Source of the DNA: Pecten maximus
Lineage: Eukaryota
Assembly (NCBI RefSeq): GCF_902652985.1
Contig: NC_047032.1
Span: forward strand, 23,064,001 to 23,128,000
Reading direction: 5' to 3'
Length of the DNA: 64,000 nt
In this document: positions 27,060 to 39,800 of the stretch, piece after piece
Position numbering within the stretch: position 1 is the first letter of the stretch
How the letters are laid out: each line of letters begins with the position of its first letter
The notes under the pieces: generated by a model
Databases searched by the model: none
Seen by the model: only the letters and a program-made list of their open reading frames with translations
What the model was told of the DNA's origin: nothing
Position numbers and translations under genes: made by a program

Positions 27060-29194
27060 TATGGCGTGTCAAACGTTGCAATATTCAATAATTCCATATT
27101 TGTATTCAATATTTTATATCTATGTTCAATAATTAATATTTATACTCAATATTTTATATTTATGTTCAATAATTAATATTTATATTCAATAATTAATATT
27201 TATATTCAATATTTTATATTTATGTTCAATAATTTGTAAATATATATTCGATAATTTGTGAATATATCTTCAATAATTTGTAAATTTATATTCGATCATT
27301 TGTAAACATATGTTCAATAATTTGCATTATGGGATAGCATGGGGGTGAATTAGTGTATACCGAGCCGAGCCCGAGCACAAGTAATTTTTCTACAATAATT
27401 CGAGTTGTTGTAAGTAGACGATTTTCAGTCATCAGGGGGTGATTTTTTTGTAGCACCCACTCAAGAGGGACTATTTACTTTCCAGAGACATGTTTTAATT
27501 TTGTGATATTTTTATACATACAACAAATCAACCTAACTGGTTTCAAAAATTTAAATTTTGACAAAATTTTCAGGTGATTTCTTGTCAAATCGTGACTTTT
27601 TTTATAGCCACAGTGACGATCACTGAACTCGAATTGTTCACCCGAGCCCGTAGTAAGGGCAGACATCCTGGGAACCGAGATCGAGCTGTAAGGGTATTAC
27701 CAGTGAATGATACATTCATGTAATTGCTTGATTATAGTGTTGGTTTTAAATGTTTTGTTGGGTAATAATAATAATACCGATTGATAATAATAACAACAAA
27801 CACTAGTATGATATAAATGGGTTATAATTAAAAGTTATGCTGAAAGTTTTAGATGGTCTAACAAAACGTAATAGGATATAGGTACAGTAAGTTTTAAAGC
27901 AAAACAAATATATCGATAGAAAACTTTGCCGAAATACTATGTGTTATGTTCAGGTCATTTCCTAAGGTAAACGGTATGCAGGGTTCGGGCTACGCTCCAA
28001 TTATGAAAAAAACGTAAGTGGACTTAGGCTTTATGAATGAAATCCGTAATACCGGTGATGACCATTGGGTTATAGTATCATTACAAGAAGTATATGGTAA
28101 CGAGGTATATATACTTTTGGTTTGATTTGTTTTGATTAACGTCCTATTAACAGCCAGGGCCAATTTAAGGACGTGCCAGGTTTTGGAGGTGGAGGAAAGC
28201 CGGAGTAGCCTGGGAATAACCACCGGCCTACGGTCAGTATCTGGCAACTGCCCCACGTAGGTTTCGAACTCGCAACCCAGAGGTAGAGGGCTAGTGATAA
28301 AATGTCGGGACACCTTAACCACTCGGCCACTGCGGCCCCATGGTATATATACTTGATAGGTATTACTAAATAGAAGGTTCAGTTAACATCAGCATGTGCA
28401 CATATCCCTGATCGGTCATACATGTACATCCTTATAGTTCGAGCTCGCTTAGCACGGGCATCGCCGCCTTGATTGCAAAAAAAAAAATTAAAAAAAAAAA
28501 AAAAAAAAAATCACGATTGACATGAAATCAATTGCAATTTATGTTGAAATTTTTATTTTTGAAACCAGCTACATTTAGTTGTATGTATAAAAATATCACA
28601 AAATTAAAGCTAATCTCTGGGATAATTAACAAAAAAACGTAAATAGTCCCGCTACGGCTTGACACTGAAAGTCGTCGACTTTTATCTTCTCTTTCCTAGT
28701 CAAGGGTCAGACTCGAAGGATTGAGTGCAGTTGACCCTGGATAGAAGAATGTCATCATACTTAAAAGAAATTTTACTGGCACGGTTAGTTGAAAAATAAC
28801 AACTCAAATTATTGTAGAAAAATGATTTTAATCAATTAAGCTGTTGAGGAGAAAACGAAATAACCAAATATAGAGCTCGAGACCTGTGCTCGGGCTCGGC
28901 TCGGGATACCTAATATAATTCACCCCCATGCTATCCCATAATGCAAATTATTGAACATATATTTACAAATGATCGAATATAAATACAAATTATTGAACAT
29001 ATATTTACAAATTATTGAATAACTATTTACAAATTATCGAATATACAATGTATATTTACAAATTATGAACATAAATATAAAATATTGAATATAAATATTA
29101 ATTATTAAACATAAATATAAAATATTGAATATAAATATAAAATATTGAATACAATTACGGAATTATTGAATATTGCAACGTTTGACACGCCATA
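27060..29194. mobile_element. Foldback-type non-autonomous DNA transposon, IS3EU-like
   Basis: Termini tatggcgtgtcaaacgttgcaatattc ... gaatattgcaacgtttgacacgccata; 6-bp TSD attgat (27054-27059, 29195-29200); inverted arms strong for ~320 bp and patchy to ~600 bp. TAYGG ends with a 6-bp TSD fit IS3EU. Confidence 0.88.
28117..28339 (-). mobile_element. Full-length tRNA-derived SINE nested in the foldback element
   Basis: Reverse complement of 22683-22901; TSD ggtatatatactt at 28104-28116 and 28342-28354. Confidence 0.93.
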
Positions 29195-30223
29195 ATTGAT
29201 GTAGGAGTTCTAACATTTTCTTATTTGCAAGCTTGATTTGACTTATTAATCATGTATTTGTATTTGTTGAAAACAATTCCTCTAATTTTAACACACTTGG
29301 ATTTTTTCATTTATTTTCAAGAATATATTCATTATATTTGAAACAAGGACACTAGTACAATATGGAACCCGTCTTCAATATAATATAGGCCACATGAATT
29401 ACAAACTCTTTGGCGTCGCTCAATGTTTGATGTCTACATTTTCAGTATTAACAATGTTGAATTTTTGCAAAGTCGAACCAGTATCCAGACGATATTGACC
29501 TTTTAAGATAATTCTGTGAAGCATAACTGGTGTACAGATATTGATATGAAATTCCTTTAGGAGACAATCTAACTTTAAACCGACACTGTTGTTGATGAGT
29601 ATAAACAATCATTCGCTTTATCATTGTCAAACATTAATGTAAACATTCTGTGATTCCCTTAAATACCCTAGACCTATTATTTATAGCATTTAACGTTCAA
29701 CACTCATCTTTGATATACAGTTATTGTATGGGTGTGAGGGATAATCAGAATGAACAAAGCCAAAAACTCCGCGAAAATATGAATGCGCTCATTCCGGGTA
29801 AATAGCACTTTGACTATTAACCTGGTTAATAGCATTTTTGGAGGATGTGGTTCAAATAGCATTTCTATTGTCTACTTTTCATATAGTTTAAAATAAGGAA
29901 AGGTATAATAATTATCTGTATCATTCGTTGTATCAAGACTGTCAAATACAATTCAGAGGCCATACTTCCAGGCTAAGGAGTTATCACTATAAACCAAGCA
30001 AGGACAGACTTCCAGATCAATACAATGGAATCTGATTTACTTAGTACACACCAGGCGTCTGTTTCTGGTTAGTATTTTTGGGAAAAAAGAATTACCCCCT
30101 ACTCTTACTTTAGTATGGGCTAGTGCGTTTTCTTTAAATACTAACCAGAAGCAGACGCCTGTAATATAACCTATGTTTAATTCAAACTGAAATGTTCTAA
30201 TAATGCATACGTGTATGCACAGG

Positions 30224-30225
<2 letters not shown>

Positions 30226-30267
<42 letters not shown>
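30226..30267. repeat. (TA)n microsatellite
   Basis: About 21 uninterrupted TA units. Confidence 0.95.
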
Positions 30268-30269
<2 letters not shown>

Positions 30270-30869
30270 GGCAAAGAAGTAATTCAACTATACCTTTACC
30301 TACTATATTTGTGTAACTGTTCCATGTTCTATGTCTATATGTGATCGTATGTAATTTACCTGTGTCTTGATAAAGGGGCAGATTGCCTCGAAAATTCGAC
30401 AATTTACTTGTCTGTACTGTCGTTATTACTACTTGACATATATATATATATATCAAGATACACATCTACACGCTACAATGTAGAAGTTCACAAATGTCAC
30501 GGCATATAGAATATATAAAAAGAAAGAAAAAACATACAAAAGAAGCATTTCATATCTGTGAACTATAACAAGTAATTGGATTTTGGTCGAAGTTTTGTAG
30601 GCTGCATGAGTTATCGTTCCTTTTTGTATGATACGCAGGTGTATGAGTTATCTCGCTTTGAATTAGATTAGCAACGATCGAGAATCCAGAGATATACTAC
30701 ATTTATCTTTTCACAGTTAAACTTAGATTCTTAAGTAAATGTTCTGCTTTCGAAAGCATTCACTGATATTATAAAATGTGGTGGGTAAATATATAGATTC
30801 GGATACTTATATATTTCATCGATATTTCATCATCACTTGGTAAATCTTGTTCCGGTTCTAAAAATATAT

Positions 30870-31045
30870 TGACGTCACCATACCAGTATCTGATTCGTTA
30901 CTATTCCTGTTCATGATTATGATTGGTCGATAAACCGAATAAGCCACCTAAAAATAGTATTGACGTGTTGGTCTACCCCAAGTTGTGTATAAAAACCTGT
31001 TAGGATAATACCGAGTCTCATTCGACCAGAGATATTTTATAAAGC
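30870..31045 (+). promoter_or_regulatory. Putative promoter of the AAC4-like gene
   Basis: TGACGTCA at 30870-30877, inverted CCAAT (gattgg) at 30921, tgacgt at 30961, TATAAA at 30988 and 31038. Confidence 0.5.
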
Positions 31046-31184
31046 AATATGTGAGGTATTTTGACCTGAGCCAATCTACCCCGAGCCGAGCGAGCCAACC
31101 CCCTCTAAATGACAGTCGAGCCTACACACAGAAAACACAATAATCGAACAGCAAATATGACGCAGCATCACCGACGACGTTTCA

Positions 31185-32974
31185 ATGGCAATAACCGCCG
31201 AACGCAGGGGCCCACGACGGGGTTTTCCACGACATCGGCGCACCGGTGTAAGCAACAACAGGGTTTTTTCTCTTGTTCGCCTCGAGAAATCAGTGCCTGC
31301 CCTCGATGTTTGCCTCGCCAAGAAGAATGGGAAATCTGCATTTTCTCGACAAGTTTCAAGAAACGATCAGAAAACTTCCCCTACAAGGACACCCTGTAAT
31401 ATTTATGTTGGGGAAAATTTCTCCGTTTCCATCCAGCAGTATTTCAACTTCGTGAAGTTAATGGGAGATAATTCTATGGGAGGTTTGATTCACAATAATT
31501 TCTACCCACACAAGAAACTGAAGGAAATGACACTTTCCATAGCTGCCATTAGACTTGCAACAGTTCCAAACGCAGGAGGAAACTCGGTAGTGTCAGAAGT
31601 GTTATCTTTCGAGTTGTTCCAGAGGTGTTTCAACGCAAAACTGCTCAAGGTGAGTTGATACTGTTGAATGTGTGTGTTTTTTTTTCAAAGCTCTTTTTTT
31701 CCTTTTTTGTTTTGTTTTTGTTTTACTGTCTTTTTTTAAGCTTAACGTTGACAGCGGTGCGTACTGCTTCTCACAAAACGCATAAATTGACACTGTGACA
31801 CACGGTACAGAAATAAATCTTATTTACCCAGTACATCAACAGATGATGATATCGCCTATAACACCGAAGAACATGTGACATACAGAAGTGGAGCTGGAGA
31901 ATTTATTGGGGTTAAATGAATAAAAGACTAAATTAAAGTTCAAACTTTTTATGTCTGATGCTTAACGTGTGTAACTTTTGGTACATTTGTATTACAAAAG
32001 AAAAAATAGATAAATAAATGAATAAATAAACCTAAATAAATAACATGTTTCTCGCTTTAATCGAGGACAATTACCCTTTGTCTGACTTCATTAATCTGAT
32101 GACAGCTATTATGATATACCGAATAGTAATTGAGAAGCGTTTAATCTGTTTTTAATATATAGAATGCAGGAGAAGATTCCGTCTTTTGATTTTGAAATAT
32201 ATATTAATTTATACAATTAATTAAAAAATGAAGTTGTTTGTTCAAAACTACCTGTAATATACACTCTTCATGTATAGCCAATACTTAGTACTGTAGTTCC
32301 TTCGCTCGTTTGGACGTAGATGGGTCTGAGATTATACAGAGCGTAAACAGTGAGTGTATTTATCTATTTTTTTGTGTGCATTTTTTCACATGTAGCCTTG
32401 ATTCTATCGTTACAGACTGAGATGGAAGTCGACTATTTCCCCATGGGCGGATCCATTACCGATTATGTGTGTGATCTCTTCGGACATAAAGTGGGTGTGT
32501 CCGTCACCCGAGCGATGAAGTACCACGGGGAGTTCACAGAAGAAGATGCTCACAGGCTACTGACCAAGAAACTGTCAGGTACGTTTCTACAGATAGCATC
32601 AATTAAATGTAACACGAAATTTATTAAACGAGTTGAATAATTTGATATATCAGAATTAAGCGATATCATAAACGGTCGATAAAAATTACACGAAACTGTC
32701 ATAATCCCAGCAGGTCTGTCAAATGGTTTTTACAACATTTAATGAACTGATTGATTTACGATATTTCTTATTCTTAATTACAGGCGTCGTACAATCAACA
32801 AAGAACTCGATGGAGAAATGGGAAAAACAGATTCTACACGTGTGGACCACAAGTAAAGATACAGCTAATACTCTGTCACGTGTCTTCCATAACCTAGAGA
32901 GTGACGTCACATCCAATACGGTCGTCATGATAACTGTTTCAACAAACGCGAAATACATCTTCAGAAACAGCTGA
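31185..32974 (+). CDS. AAC4-like protein (homolog of Dictyostelium 'AAC-rich mRNA clone AAC4' family), 272 aa, 3 exons
   Basis: Exons 31185-31649 (AAG|gtgagt), 32416-32578 (tacag|...G|gtacgt) and 32784-32974 (tacag|...TGA); phases join into an 819-nt ORF with motifs PNAGGNSVVSEVLSFE, LLKTEMEVDY, GSITDY, GVSVTRAM, KQILHVW. Family name recalled, not searched; start codon uncertain. Confidence 0.8.
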
Positions 32975-33205
32975 GACTCTGCCCTAGTGTGTTAAAAAAC
33001 ACACATTGGAAAGTGCGCCACATCCAACATCGTCGTCATGGTAACTATTTCAGGAAAGCGCAATATATCTTCAGAAACAGCTGAGACTCTGCCTTGATGG
33101 TAAAATCACAACACCTTAGAAAGTGCAGTTACATCCAACATCGTCGTCATGGTAACTGCATGTTTCAACAAACGCGATATCATATCTTCAAAAACGGCTC
33201 TGAAA
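32890..33205 (+). repeat. Triplication (~110-bp unit) of the AAC4-like C-terminal coding end into the 3' UTR
   Basis: catccaa..cgtcatg.taact.tttca...aaacgc...atcttcagaaacagctgagactctgcc recurs at ~32910, ~33021 and ~33132. Confidence 0.85.
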
Positions 33206-36200
33206 TTCTTACCTAATTAATATCTGGTCAAAATACCAATAATTGAACCTCCTAATGCCTGTAAATGGTATTCGGTACAGTAATATTCCTAATTCTATAT
33301 TCAAGTATCACATTTAAAAAAAAAGTATCAATATGATTATATGATTTTATCGCTTTACCTTCGTCTCTTTGATGGAGTGTTTAACCAGCTGATCTGCACC
33401 GTTTAGGACAGAATCACTCTCACTTAAAAAAAAAGTGATAAAAACATAAATTAAAAAAAAAAATTAGTTGTTCTTTTAATAAAATTTAGGAGCATTTCCA
33501 TTATCTCATTTTTACGTATGAATAGTTTGTAAGTAAGAAACAGCCATTTTAGAGGGGACTAGTGGAAATCAAGTATGTCATTTTTAAACGGCAAAACAAG
33601 GTACTCGGTAATTAAGTCATGTGACAAATTTTACTGGATTGAATCGTTCTTTTATTAGACTAAGACTTCAAAAGTATATGATCTTTGGGATTTAGGCAGA
33701 TACTCTTTTTTTTGGAAATTCAAATCCAAGTGTAAATACTCCGAATAAAAAGAAAGATCATTAATTGACTTCAAATATAATATGGAAAGTGTTTCCAACA
33801 TAACTTTGCATCAATCTGATTAATACTCAATCTTGCTCACGGAAAAAGACATCCGACCTAACCACGCCAAGGATTGTGGTTTAGTTATTCTGTGAAAGAG
33901 AAAGACCCCCTACCCCTACCCCCACCCACCCACCCAAACAGGAGGAATAATCTCTACTTAATTATGTAAATTCGATCAAAATTCAGTTTGTGTTATACAA
34001 CATGTACTAGTATTGTAATGTGCAATGAACATTTAGTCAATCAGACAAAATGTGAATTTTGGAAATAAAAATTAGAAGTATTTTATTTGTATATTGTGTT
34101 TGTAGTGTTTGCTTTTTTATAGAAAACTTTGATGCCAGATGTATCTGTGTTGTGCGTGCGTCATCTGTCAATTCAGCTACGATCTGAGCTCATTTCTGTG
34201 AGGTTCGTACCTGACATGATGTACATACGAAATCTGATCAAGATCGAACCGTTCTAGACACTCTTAGCATGATGAAACACACACATTAAGGTGGTTCCAT
34301 ACTTTCCGCATAATCAGTGTCATTTATTTCTTATTAGCTTATTTATTTGCATTTTTCAAGTATGTTAACGTAACTTTAATCAAGACACATGTCAATTTTG
34401 CAGAATTTTGACAGAAGACGGTGGATATGCTTTTTTTATTGAGCATAAAAGCAATGAGGATCTCGATCAAAGTTTCACGGTATCACGCACTCATGGCACC
34501 GCCCCCATACCCGTTCTGCCTTTCAAATCCTGGCTAGTATAAAACGGAAATGGTATGTCCACTAATGGCATATACTGTCGTGTGTATATATCGTTGATTA
34601 TCATTTCCACGTGCTCCTGTTTGAAGTAGGTTTTGGAAAAGCTCAATATTGGAGCTCAGAAAAATAGTTTAAAGATATTTTCAATCCACGTTCAGTATTT
34701 AGGATCCAAGGTCCACTTCAGGGTCTCGTTTTATACTATACCATAAAGCTATTCCCGTACACTTTCCAGTGTCGGCTTTCTTGATTTAAGGGATTTTATT
34801 GTCGCTTCTCTATCTAAATTCAGGTCCGATTGCTGCTGTATACGAAATTTAATGCCTCGTTAACATTGCTTCAGCTAACTAAAGCCAAGGTCTCTGGCTA
34901 CTTTTCGGTTAAGACGCCATCCGACCATTAGCAACCGAACCCTATTTGGTACTGCACAAGTTCCGCCTTGATTTCAGGTCAGAAAGAAATAGACAATAAT
35001 ATCTGTATTAATAAGTCTGAACTTAGTGACAACGGTGTGTACTTAAAGTTTAGGAATTATATATCCCATTTCAACTGTCCAGTCACTAAGTCACACCACA
35101 TTAATAATACTTTGACACAAAACACTTTGTTACATCATTCTACCGCTTCAACTAACCTAATTCAAACATTGTGTCATGGGTTGTTAAAAACGCGGATTGT
35201 TTGTATAAAGCGGATCATATATTGTACGAAGAAAATGGCTTTTCGTTTGTTTTTCCTTTACATTCCATTTTTATTTATCTGCCGCCATTTTCAATCCGAG
35301 TTGTTACTGGAACAGTGGAAGGAAGCTTGGCAATTTAAATAATCACGATTTTGTGTCTTTGATTGCTAATTATGTGGACTTGGTGATGGATTGATGAGAA
35401 AGAAGTAATAACATTTCAGCGTAAATCATGTATTTGTAGTTTAGTTGTTTGATATGTAATCAAAATCCAAACTTTGAAAATTTGACATTCTGCGCAGTCT
35501 GAATCCGCTTTGGGAATTTAGAGGTTACACGGCGCACGTCTTAAGGTTCTAGCCGTGTTATCCTCTAATATTGTTGGAGTACGTAAACAGTCGATTTCAC
35601 AACTTGGCATGCGATAGTCGTCCGACTTATGATTTGTATTGTATATTTGGTAGAATCGTATTCATTCGCCACCTTTGAGAAGACTCGTATCATTATATTT
35701 AATGTCCACAGTACAGGAACACGAGACATGAGATGTTAAATAAATTGATATCATCCTGTGTACCTAGATTTTCTGTTGTCTGGAAATCTTGATTACAAAT
35801 TAGTGCGAACAGGTTTTACTATCTATTGTTTCTCAGCTGATGTAGGTCTTTAACATTTAAGTTGGTTTGATGGTACATGTGTAGGTCAGTAGATCAATTG
35901 TTTATTGTCTCTAATTACGTCTTCTTCTTCGTTGATGGTCTGTTAAGAATTAATTTGTTTATTGTTTGTGACTAATCAGTATCCATTTGAAATCTACAAT
36001 AGCCGATGATGGCTAATCACATAATAATCTTCTAAATATCCAATCTGTCATCGATATAGTGATGACATCGGACCCTTTAATACCGTGTTATTATGACGTA
36101 CATATAACTAAACGTCCCACTTTTGTATTGACGCCATCATTGCTATCGTTCTCTCATTCTCTGTTTTGGGCTTCACGTGATTAATTCTGATGACGCGAAT

Positions 36201-36645
36201 ATCACAGATTTAGTTTGCCAGTACTGAAATGGACATGTAGATCTATTTAACACTTTTAAGTAAACGAAGACAATTTCAATCGCATTATTTATTTTATTTC
36301 GTAGCTGATAGACTAGTTTTAGATAATTCCTTTTCGGAATTTTAATTACATACAAATTATCCTGCATAGATTTTTCATTCTATAAATTCTTTATTTCTGC
36401 CTTAGTATTTTAACACTGCTTAAAAAAAAAACAGCCATTCTATCAATAACAACCGGGTCTTGACTGGTCAAACTGGACCACTTCTCCAAACGGAACCCTC
36501 AAAATATTTGTCCCATGCATGCTTGATTTATATAAGTTCCGCTATACACGGAACATAATATCCATCGTATTGGCATTACAAATATAATGATTTAGGACTA
36601 TCATTGTACTAGTTCTTTTTTAAAGATTTAACTGAAATGACCCCC

Positions 36646-36676
<31 letters not shown>

Positions 36677-36801
36677 AACAACAAAAAACAAAAAACAAAA
36701 AAAAAAACAAAAAAAAAACACACACTGGCTGTCTTGACTGAAAAGTTTTTGTTCCAACAGTCATCTTTTTCTTTTCTTGTCACCTTCACAGTGACAGTTG
36801 A

Positions 36802-39800
36802 CTAACGCATAATTTCGCAGATATAGTACAGGTCATATCCGATACAGACACAATCATGCATATCGAAATTGTCTGACTTTGTAACACATCCACAAGTCTG
36901 TGACCCTCCATCGGGTTCTCCGCTAGCCCATGACCTGACAGACGTATCAACCCTCTCGTCATTACTGAGAAAAATCCAATCGTTCTCATTATTCCTCTTT
37001 CGTCCAGTGTATACTATGTCTGAGCTTGCTGAAAATATCAAGGTAAATACGTCACATAGCACGTTACCACATAACCAGCTATCATAAAAAAACAAATAGT
37101 GTTACATGTTTAATATGCATATAGAGAAACCCTAATGATGAAGGAAGACAATTGTATGAATCCTGCCCTGACCCGGCCTCGCACTCCATTGCCAGAATTA
37201 CCCGCAGCGTTTACCACTGTTCCACATCCACCTTTTTGTAAATCTTGTGTGCCCAAATGTCAATATCCATTCCTTTTACTTCCGGTTTATATTATAACAA
37301 TGTATCCTGTGTTCCTACCACAGTCCACATTGTGAGCACCAGTCTCCTATTTTGAAATCCATTGATTGAAGACAATGATAGATTGTGATATATCTAGGTT
37401 ATATATGTCAGATAAGAAAGAAATATCATTTGTGAAAATATTTTGACTCTAAAAGGTAATCACCAGGATATGGTTTCCTCATTGGATCGCTATGAATACC
37501 GGGAAAGGTGTCATTAACTGTCAAGGTAGGAGAGGTTTTCAAATTGTGTTTGATATAAAATTTGTCCAGTGATTTAATGTTGGTTGAAAGGTCTTAATGC
37601 ACACAAAACGTGACGAGTGGAATATGTAAAATAAGTTCTAGTAATATGTAAAATAGGCTCTAGGAATATGTAAATAGGCTCTAGGAATATGTGAAATAGG
37701 TTCTAGTAATATGTAAAATAGGTTCTAGGAATATGTTAAATAGGTTCTAGGAATATGTAAAATAGGTTCTAGGAATATGTACAATAGGTTCTAGGAATAT
37801 GTACAATAGGTTCTAGGAATATATAAAAATAGGTTCTAGGAATATGTAAAATAGGTTCTCACTATTTATTGAACAGTCATTGATAACTAGAACCTCACTT
37901 CAGGGCATACATACAGCTTCTGTACTGTGCTGCATCTGATAATTCAGCAGGCGTATGATTGCAGACTATTTTACATTCTATTGGAATACTTATGTTTTAC
38001 CTATTGAAATTGAGTGATGTATATACGAAGCCTTATTGCCATTTTTCTTTTTCCCAAATCGAAGCCCGATGTAGAGGATATGTAGTGTCTGTTCAAGTTT
38101 TGTCTTTGACATTGATTTAATGGTAATGAATTTACATAAAGAATATATATGATGGTGTTATAATATATAGATTTTTTTTTGACGCATCAACATTATTTCG
38201 AAAATACAATCTCAGTTGTATTCCATTTTTTGTGCGACGTTACCTTCGCCGATGGTACGTAGACATGTGATGTTATAGGAAGGAGTTTGCTGGATTATAA
38301 TGGTCAATATGTTACAATTTCGTCATTCGGAAGTAAATTTATTTACTACTAATGATATAAAAATAACTATAAAAGTAATAACCATATGATTTACTCACCA
38401 TACGGCAGAGTTCTCATTATAAATCGAGCTTCTTCATCCGACTTAATTTCGACAAGGTTTGCTCCCTTGGCATTACATCGAGTCTACAGTAAGAATAAGA
38501 CGATTGATTGAACAAATATTACGTATGAACATGCGAGGTATTTCTTGAATCCCCTCAACGCTTATTTCGTAAGAAAACATAGAATATGACAATAATTAAA
38601 AATTTAAATTGTGATGTCAGGATTTAAGTAGGATCTGACATTAGATGACATCCTTTCATACCACGAATGACATGATCGTTGACCTATCACTTTGTTTCGT
38701 TAGAGTAGAGATATAAATTCTACGAATGCTTTCAAAAAGGCGTTCAACATACATACATATGTACATTTCAAAGCTGTACAATAAACTTAGTTGAGTATAG
38801 GCATATAATGATGATTAAAATCAAAACAATACAATACCATATTATATAACACACATAAATACAACTCACTATTGCTGTAGCCCACTCTGTTTGCTCGGAA
38901 TCAGTAGAGACATAGTAACACTTTTCCGGAGATGTGATCCAGCCATCGTCACAGACTCGGGGAGTCACTGTAGTAGTGGTGGCGGTAGTCGTACGTGCTC
39001 TACTGGCTATAAATAGATAGTAAACACGTGTATCAAAACAACAAAATAATTATTACACTTTCTTGAAATCTCCTATAGAACAGATCAGGGTTTTGAAACA
39101 CATTAAAAGAGTGTACAAAAGATATAAATATATTATCGCATTTCAATTACGGGTTGATACGATAGAATATAATTAACAAGGTACAGTAGTGCAACATGTT
39201 TAGTCATTTAATTGTTAATGTATCACAGTGAAAGGATAATGTGTCCTTGATATACCTGTTACAGACCAATAAGATAATAGGTCATTTTAAAAGGACTGTT
39301 AAGTGAAGTTAGATGTTTTAAAAAAATTCAAGATTGTTCCTAAAAATAAATATGAGTCAATACTCCTTATGACAGTTTTTGACAAAATACTAACGTAATT
39401 TATTTTATTTGAAGTGAGCACTTGATATCAAGATCATTAGATCAGCGTTCGTTTACAACTGAAGCGGAAGCGGGATGGGAAATTCACGGATAGAAAATTA
39501 TCCTCACGAGTAAAATCAACAACGATGACCAGTGAGTGTATATGTCGCCATGCTGGCTTACCCAGATGTTTAGATGTTGTGCAATTTAGAATGTAAGTTA
39601 GAATTTTCTTTAAAACATCGGTCACATGTTTTTATATTATTATTTATGTAAATAATTTCAGTAAGAGTGGAAATCGTTTTCCCTTATCCAGACCTAGGTC
39701 ATGCATGGCGATATCATAAGCTAAACATAAAATATCAGGTGACGTATTTTGAATACCATTGTATCAAATTGAATCGTCCTGGTCCTCTGATGCGCTGGCA

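Noticed and set aside
34286-36080. Possible Kolobok-type element starting ttaaggtggttcc, including ORF 34968..35342
   Set aside because: No matching inverted terminus found and the ORF has no recognisable motif.
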